Sequence record: DRR723986_9796
Length of the DNA stretch: 33,995 nucleotides
Strand: one strand, 5' to 3'
The position numbers were made by a program, and so were the translations under genes. This document shows positions 29,306-33,995 of this stretch, piece by piece. Each line of letters opens with the position of its first letter. Position 1 is the first letter of the stretch. The notes beneath the pieces were generated by a model. The model had not been told where the DNA came from. It saw nothing but the letters and a program-made list of their open reading frames with translations, and did no database searches.

Positions 29306-30790
29306 ATGAAACGTCGAAAATTCCTGTTGGCTTCCGGCGTGGCTGTCGCTGGTGCACGACTATGCTCAGGGGAAATGGTACCTCGGCAGATTCCGGTAAC
29401 GCTGCCGGAAGCACATCGCGGAACTCTAGAAATCGACACCAACCTGCTGGATAGCTTCGGAGCTCCGCCACAAAACCAGCGCCAATTTTACTTGGACGCT
29501 CGCAAAGTTTTCACGAGCAGTCGCGTTACGAACTTCAGCGACGACGCCATCGTGCAACTGGCCAGCCAGCATTCGATCGACCTGATGGGCGGCCCCATGC
29601 TTGGGAACCTTACCAGTGACGGCGTCACCGTTTGGATGCGGCCCGCCACCGCTGAACCCCTTACCATAAGTGTTGGGCAGAAGCGTTTTTCCGTACAGAA
29701 CGCGGTGCCAGGGCAGGAAACCAGAACCGTTCTTTCCGGTTTAACGGCAGACACCGAGTTCACGTACAGCGTCCTCAAAGGTCAACGATCGATTGCCGAA
29801 GGCTCGTTTCGCACAGCACCACCCGCAAACCAAATGGGTACGTTCCGCCTAACGTTCGGCTCATGCTTTCACAAGATCGGCCTGCACAACCCGAACCTGT
29901 TCCGCGAAATTTTGGGCCGCGAACCATCGGTCATGATGATGTTGGGAGATTTGGCCGTAGACGACCGAAACGGCAACATTTCGATGCACCGTTGCGACTA
30001 CCAACTTCGAGACGTCGCGCCGGCCTGGCAACAGTTTGTTCGCAACATGCCAATCTACACCGCCTGGGACGATCACGACTATTTCGATAACGATCTGAAC
30101 GGCATCCCGACAGGGTTTACCGCTCAAGACCGTGATGGCCTTCGCGCTGTTTGGAAGCAGAACTGGAACAATCCAACGACCGACCCGGCGCGAAAAGGCA
30201 TCTACTTCAATACTCGAGTAGGCCCGGTAGAAATCATCATGCTGGACACGCGTTCGTGTCGGGAAAATAGTCGTCGCCGAGAGTTTGGCTCCTACTTGGG
30301 CAAAGAGCAGTTTGACTGGTTGCTGTCAACGCTCAGCGAGTCCACAGCTCCCTTCAAGGTCATCAGCAGCGGGACGATGTGGAGCGACTACATTAGCAAG
30401 GCAAAGGACAGTTGGGGCACCTGGGATACTGAAGCCAGGGAACGCATCTTCCGTCACATTGAGCAGAACAACATCCCAGGAGTGCTCTTGGTCAGTGGTG
30501 ACCGGCATGGCGCGAGGGCGTTTCGAATCCCTCGTGAAAACGGATTTGCGTTTCATGAATTCGAGCCCGCGACTCTAGGCGGCGTTTCGGGCCCAGCCGC
30601 CCTTGTCGACAACTGCCCAGAGCAGATTTTCGGCTACGGACGCGACAACCTAGTCGCCTTTGGTGAATTCACATTTGACTCAACCAAAGACAACTCGGGT
30701 GTTACTTTTCGTCTGATCAAAGAAACCGGCCAAGTGCTCGAGGAACACCACCTGAGCTACGAGCAACTCACACCACGAATGCCTGCCTAG
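29306..30790 (+). CDS. phoD: Tat-exported PhoD-family alkaline phosphatase/phosphodiesterase
   Basis: MKRRKFLL twin-arginine signal from ATG 29306. Fn3-like segment (LSGL..DT.F.Y...G.FRTAP), FGSC, LGD, WDDHDY, LDTR, DSW and SGDRH. Confidence 0.85.
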   Translation: MKRRKFLLASGVAVAGARLCSGEMVPRQIPVTLPEAHRGTLEIDTNLLDSFGAPPQNQRQFYLDARKVFTSSRVTNFSDDAIVQLASQHSIDLMGGPMLGNLTSDGVTVWMRPATAEPLTISVGQKRFSVQNAVPGQETRTVLSGLTADTEFTYSVLKGQRSIAEGSFRTAPPANQMGTFRLTFGSCFHKIGLHNPNLFREILGREPSVMMMLGDLAVDDRNGNISMHRCDYQLRDVAPAWQQFVRNMPIYTAWDDHDYFDNDLNGIPTGFTAQDRDGLRAVWKQNWNNPTTDPARKGIYFNTRVGPVEIIMLDTRSCRENSRRREFGSYLGKEQFDWLLSTLSESTAPFKVISSGTMWSDYISKAKDSWGTWDTEARERIFRHIEQNNIPGVLLVSGDRHGARAFRIPRENGFAFHEFEPATLGGVSGPAALVDNCPEQIFGYGRDNLVAFGEFTFDSTKDNSGVTFRLIKETGQVLEEHHLSYEQLTPRMPA

Positions 30791-30818
30791 AGTCGCAAAC
30801 CGTAAAGCTGCGATTTTG
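30791..30818 (+). terminator. Possible weak intrinsic terminator between convergent phoD and the enolase-family gene
   Basis: AGTCGCA...TGCGATT inverted repeat followed by a short T run immediately after the phoD stop. The loop is long and the stem short. Confidence 0.25.
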
Positions 30819-30848
30819 AAGCAGTGCGGCTGGCGGAATGGCCAAGCA

Positions 30849-32123
30849 TTAACGAACGCGTGCAGCCCGACGGATGAAGTCGGGAGCAATCTCGATACCG
30901 TATCCAGGACCAGTTGGCACTTCGACGAAACCATCTTTCGGCTTGAGCGACGAACTATCACACTGCACCGGAAGACTTGTTGCCCCCTTGAACTCCTGAA
31001 ACGGTCCGGGATCGTCGATGCACGAAGCCAGGTGGCAAGTGTCAACGTAGCCCAACCCGCCGCCGGACATGTGGACCGTGCAGGGCATGCCCAGCGCATT
31101 GGCCATTCGAGCAACTCGAATCGTTCGCAAGTACCCACCGAAGTAATGTAGATCAGGCTGTGCGACGTCGACAACACGATGTGCCAGAGACCATCTAAAC
31201 CGCCGCATGCTGTACTCTTGCTCACCTCCAGCGACTGGAATCTCCAGCGCCTCAGTCACCTGCTGCGTCTCCCACAGGTGATCAAAAGGGCAGGGCTCTT
31301 CAAAGAATCCATAGTCGTGCTCCTCCATGATTCGCCCGATCCGTATCGCCTCGTCCACGTCGTAAGAACTGTTCGAATCGCCGTAAAGTGTAAACTCTGG
31401 AAAGGCCTCGCGAGCACGCTTAATCAATTGCTCGGTTCGTCCAGGAAGAGAATCCGCGTTGCGCGACATGCGACCGCCAAGCCGAAACTTGAGCGCTCGA
31501 CCGGCGGTCTCTTCGGCGAGTCGGTGCAGGTGTTCGATCTCCGCCTCGACCGAGTTGCCGCGATTGCTGCTGGCCCGATACACGGCGATGCTCTTTCGCT
31601 TGACGCCACCGAGTAGCTCACCAAGGGACTTGCCCAATCGCTTGCCCAGCAGGTCTAGGATTGCCATTTCTGCGGCCGCGTACGGGACCCACAATCCCAT
31701 TCCTTGCAGTTTGTAGTTGCTGCGATCTCGGTAGAGCTCAAACTGCAGCGACTCCAGATGCCTCAAGTCCTTCCCAGCAAAGAACGGCGCAATGCGATTG
31801 ATGAACACTGGGTAAAAGTCGGCCATTTTGGCCACATTCGGAACGGCAATTCCCTCATCACCATCCTCTGAACGACAGCGCACAAGGTAAGTCGATCCGT
31901 TCTGCAGGAGCTCAATATCACGCACGCGAATCGGAGCTGACACCTCGCCAAAATCCAAGATCGGTCGCGCTGCGATTTCCGCCAATCGCCGGTCGGTTGC
32001 ATCCGCCCCGCCAGCACCCTGCGTGTCCTCAGCGCCAAATCCCGTAGCGCTACCGCCAGTAAAACCCGAACAGGTCGCTGCAACGGACATGAATGCGAGG
32101 AATCGTCGTCTATCAGGGCTCAT
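30849..32123 (-). CDS. Tat-exported mandelate racemase/muconate lactonizing enzyme family protein (probable acid-sugar dehydratase)
   Basis: GGAG ribosome-binding site, then MSPDRRRFLAF twin-arginine signal. Motifs EMAILDLLGK...LLGG, KFR, metal ligands GDSN / FEEP / GGEQE, QPD, VH, QEF and PTGPGYG. Confidence 0.88.
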   Translation of the reverse strand: MSPDRRRFLAFMSVAATCSGFTGGSATGFGAEDTQGAGGADATDRRLAEIAARPILDFGEVSAPIRVRDIELLQNGSTYLVRCRSEDGDEGIAVPNVAKMADFYPVFINRIAPFFAGKDLRHLESLQFELYRDRSNYKLQGMGLWVPYAAAEMAILDLLGKRLGKSLGELLGGVKRKSIAVYRASSNRGNSVEAEIEHLHRLAEETAGRALKFRLGGRMSRNADSLPGRTEQLIKRAREAFPEFTLYGDSNSSYDVDEAIRIGRIMEEHDYGFFEEPCPFDHLWETQQVTEALEIPVAGGEQEYSMRRFRWSLAHRVVDVAQPDLHYFGGYLRTIRVARMANALGMPCTVHMSGGGLGYVDTCHLASCIDDPGPFQEFKGATSLPVQCDSSSLKPKDGFVEVPTGPGYGIEIAPDFIRRAARVR

Positions 32124-32425
32124 CAATCGTCTCCATCTCGCGGACCAGCTTGAGAATACAAATCAATCAAGTGCTCTAGTGTAGCTGATTCGGCCTAGCC
32201 AGCTTCAGGGTCGCGGCGTGGCGGAAGTAACTCTCCTTGCGCGAATTGACTTCGGGGTGGTTGCTGCTAGTCTTTTTGTCGTGTTTACGGCCTTCCTGAA
32301 ATTTTCACGCTGTAACGCGTTGGATGACTTGGGTGAGAGCTACAAACTGTCTCTATCTAAGGAGGTGAAACTTCGACTACACACGACTAACAAAAGCAAT
32401 TCAAACTCGCGACCTCAGCTACAAG

Positions 32426-33076
32426 ATGCTGCTCTGGCTTGGTAACGCGATCGACCAGGGGCGGATTCAACCGTCACGGGCGGCACATCATTCGGGTGGA
32501 CCGGATGCAGCAATCCACTGGCTGCGATCCAATTACTGCCACATTCCCGTCGAACTTCGGCCAGTCGAAAGCGACATTGACGAATTCGCTTCCTTCTTCA
32601 GCACGTACCTCACATCATCGTTCGACATCGTCGAGCAACCTGGGACGAAGGGCGAAGGGCCCACTCCTGAGTTCTGCCGGTGCAGTGTTTGCATGAGAAT
32701 TGTCAACGCGCCGTTTCTACGCGCAAAGAAGCTTTTCGCACGGGACAAACGACGAGCGAACTACCTGATGCGTCAATCGCTAGTTGAGTTTGCAGCAGAA
32801 CGCAGCGTCAAATTGCCCGACGAACCTGCGGAGCACATCGTAGCCAGGGAAAGTACGCGAAGAAGCGCTGCATTCATAACGTACGGTGACTGGCTCATTC
32901 GAAGACTTTCGGGCGAATCGGATGGACCGGCGATTCTGGCACTATGGCGACTGATTGCATGGAAACCGCAGGGTGGCATCCGCCCAGGTTTTACGCTCCA
33001 GGTCGAAGACTTTATTGTCGCCGAGGAAGCGCTCGCGAGGGCAATCAAAGAACAGCCACCAACCGACAATCGTTGA
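32426..33076 (+). CDS. Hypothetical protein with a CxCxxC motif; true start uncertain
   Basis: 216-aa ORF occupying the gap between opposite-strand genes, containing FCRCSVC. The frame stays open upstream to 32369. Confidence 0.7.
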   Translation: MLLWLGNAIDQGRIQPSRAAHHSGGPDAAIHWLRSNYCHIPVELRPVESDIDEFASFFSTYLTSSFDIVEQPGTKGEGPTPEFCRCSVCMRIVNAPFLRAKKLFARDKRRANYLMRQSLVEFAAERSVKLPDEPAEHIVARESTRRSAAFITYGDWLIRRLSGESDGPAILALWRLIAWKPQGGIRPGFTLQVEDFIVAEEALARAIKEQPPTDNR

Positions 33077-33109
33077 CCGCGAAAGCAAACTTGCCATGAG
33101 CTAGCGGGG

Positions 33110-33829
33110 CTAATACCAGCCCTGCTGCAAAGGCTTGAAAACTAGTTCGGGAATATGCAGTGTGTCCGGCAAGGAGACGAGCGACACAATCAATTGGGCC
33201 ACGTCCTCTGGCTGGAGGATGGCGGATCTGTGGTCTTCACTTACGGGTGCAGGCCTCTGCTCCAAAAGTGGTGTGTTGACTTCTCCAGGGTAAACATTAG
33301 TTACACGGACACCGTCGGGAGCAACTTCGTTGGCAACGCATGTCCCAAGCGAAGTCATTGCAAACTTGCTCGCCGAGTAGGCAATGCCGCCAAGTGCGAT
33401 GGCTCGTTTGCCAGCCACGGAGGAAATATTGATGATCAGCCCGCTCTTTCGCTCACGCATCGCCGGCAACACAGCGTGCAAGCAATTGTAAGCGCCGGTT
33501 GCGTTAATCGACAGAACCTGATCCCACTGCTCTGGCGACATCTCAGCCATGCTGCGGTTTTTGATGTTAATTCCGGCGGCATTGATGAAGACATCTATCT
33601 GGCCGACTCGCTCAGTCGCCCACTCGAAGAAAGCCGCAACGCTATCACGATCGGCAACGTCAATCGTGTGAACTTCGATGTTGGTCCCGTCTGCCGTTTC
33701 CTGAAGGGCCGACTCCCGACGTCCGCCGATGACGACCTTCGCTCCAGCCTTTGCTAGCTCGCGGGCTGAATGCCGCCCCATCCCAGTTCCGGCACCAACA
33801 ATCACCACACCTAAGCCGTCGAGTTGCAT
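33110..33829 (-). CDS. Short-chain dehydrogenase/reductase (SDR)
   Basis: GAGTGMG Rossmann motif, GRR, INAAG, INISS, catalytic YSASK and PG.VNT. ATG 33829 (MQLDG) is preferred over 33898. Confidence 0.93.
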   Translation of the reverse strand: MQLDGLGVVIVGAGTGMGRHSARELAKAGAKVVIGGRRESALQETADGTNIEVHTIDVADRDSVAAFFEWATERVGQIDVFINAAGINIKNRSMAEMSPEQWDQVLSINATGAYNCLHAVLPAMRERKSGLIINISSVAGKRAIALGGIAYSASKFAMTSLGTCVANEVAPDGVRVTNVYPGEVNTPLLEQRPAPVSEDHRSAILQPEDVAQLIVSLVSLPDTLHIPELVFKPLQQGWY

Positions 33830-33943
33830 TTCTAGCCTCGCCTGAACACAAAAATCCACAATCAATGCCAACGAGCCAAGAGCATAAGGAGTCGCCAATC
33901 GCCACGGAAGGTCGCGAAGAGGGCGAAACGGGGGAATTAAAGC

Positions 33944-33973
33944 TTGACTTTGCCTGCCAGGATCAAATAATTA
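33944..33973 (+). promoter_or_regulatory. Possible sigma70-type promoter pointing out of the window
   Basis: TTGACT at 33944-33949, followed 16-18 bp later by AT-rich AATAATTA. Confidence 0.3.
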
Positions 33974-33995
33974 AGCATCCGGATGAACGGATGGA

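Noticed and set aside
33155..33757. 200-aa ORF antisense to the SDR gene
   Set aside because: Fully overlaps a well-supported SDR and has no motifs. Long antisense frames are common opposite such genes.
1..33995. CRISPR arrays, IS elements, prophage, tRNA/rRNA and known defence systems
   Set aside because: I saw no spaced repeats, transposase/integrase/phage motifs or recognisable RNA genes by eye. Covariance-model and defence-system searches were not run.

Overview
Gene-dense bacterial chromosomal window with about 22 supportable CDSs. I saw no RNA genes, CRISPR arrays, transposases, integrases or phage genes. The gene content points to a planctomycete, probably Pirellulaceae-like; this is an inference from DUF4159, DUF1080/multiheme and Tat-exported enzymes. 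Order: a truncated REC-PAS hybrid histidine kinase with its sigma54 NtrC-type regulator; an alpha/beta hydrolase; a ~2,100-aa polytopic membrane protein; an EboB-like TatD hydrolase with a small partner; an aroK / A24 prepilin peptidase / hypothetical / prenyltransferase-repeat-DUF4159 / HExxH run; a secreted beta-propeller gene downstream of a DUF1080 + PA14 + five-heme protein; tadC-tadB-cpaF; a TPR protein; dihydroorotase; Tat-exported PhoD and mandelate-racemase-family enzymes; two hypotheticals; and an SDR. The best candidate for an uncharacterised system is the DUF1080/PA14/pentaheme protein with its propeller partner, a possible periplasmic sugar-oxidation module whose third heme lacks the Met-Pro ligand motif. 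Family calls come from motif recognition only; no database searches were run.
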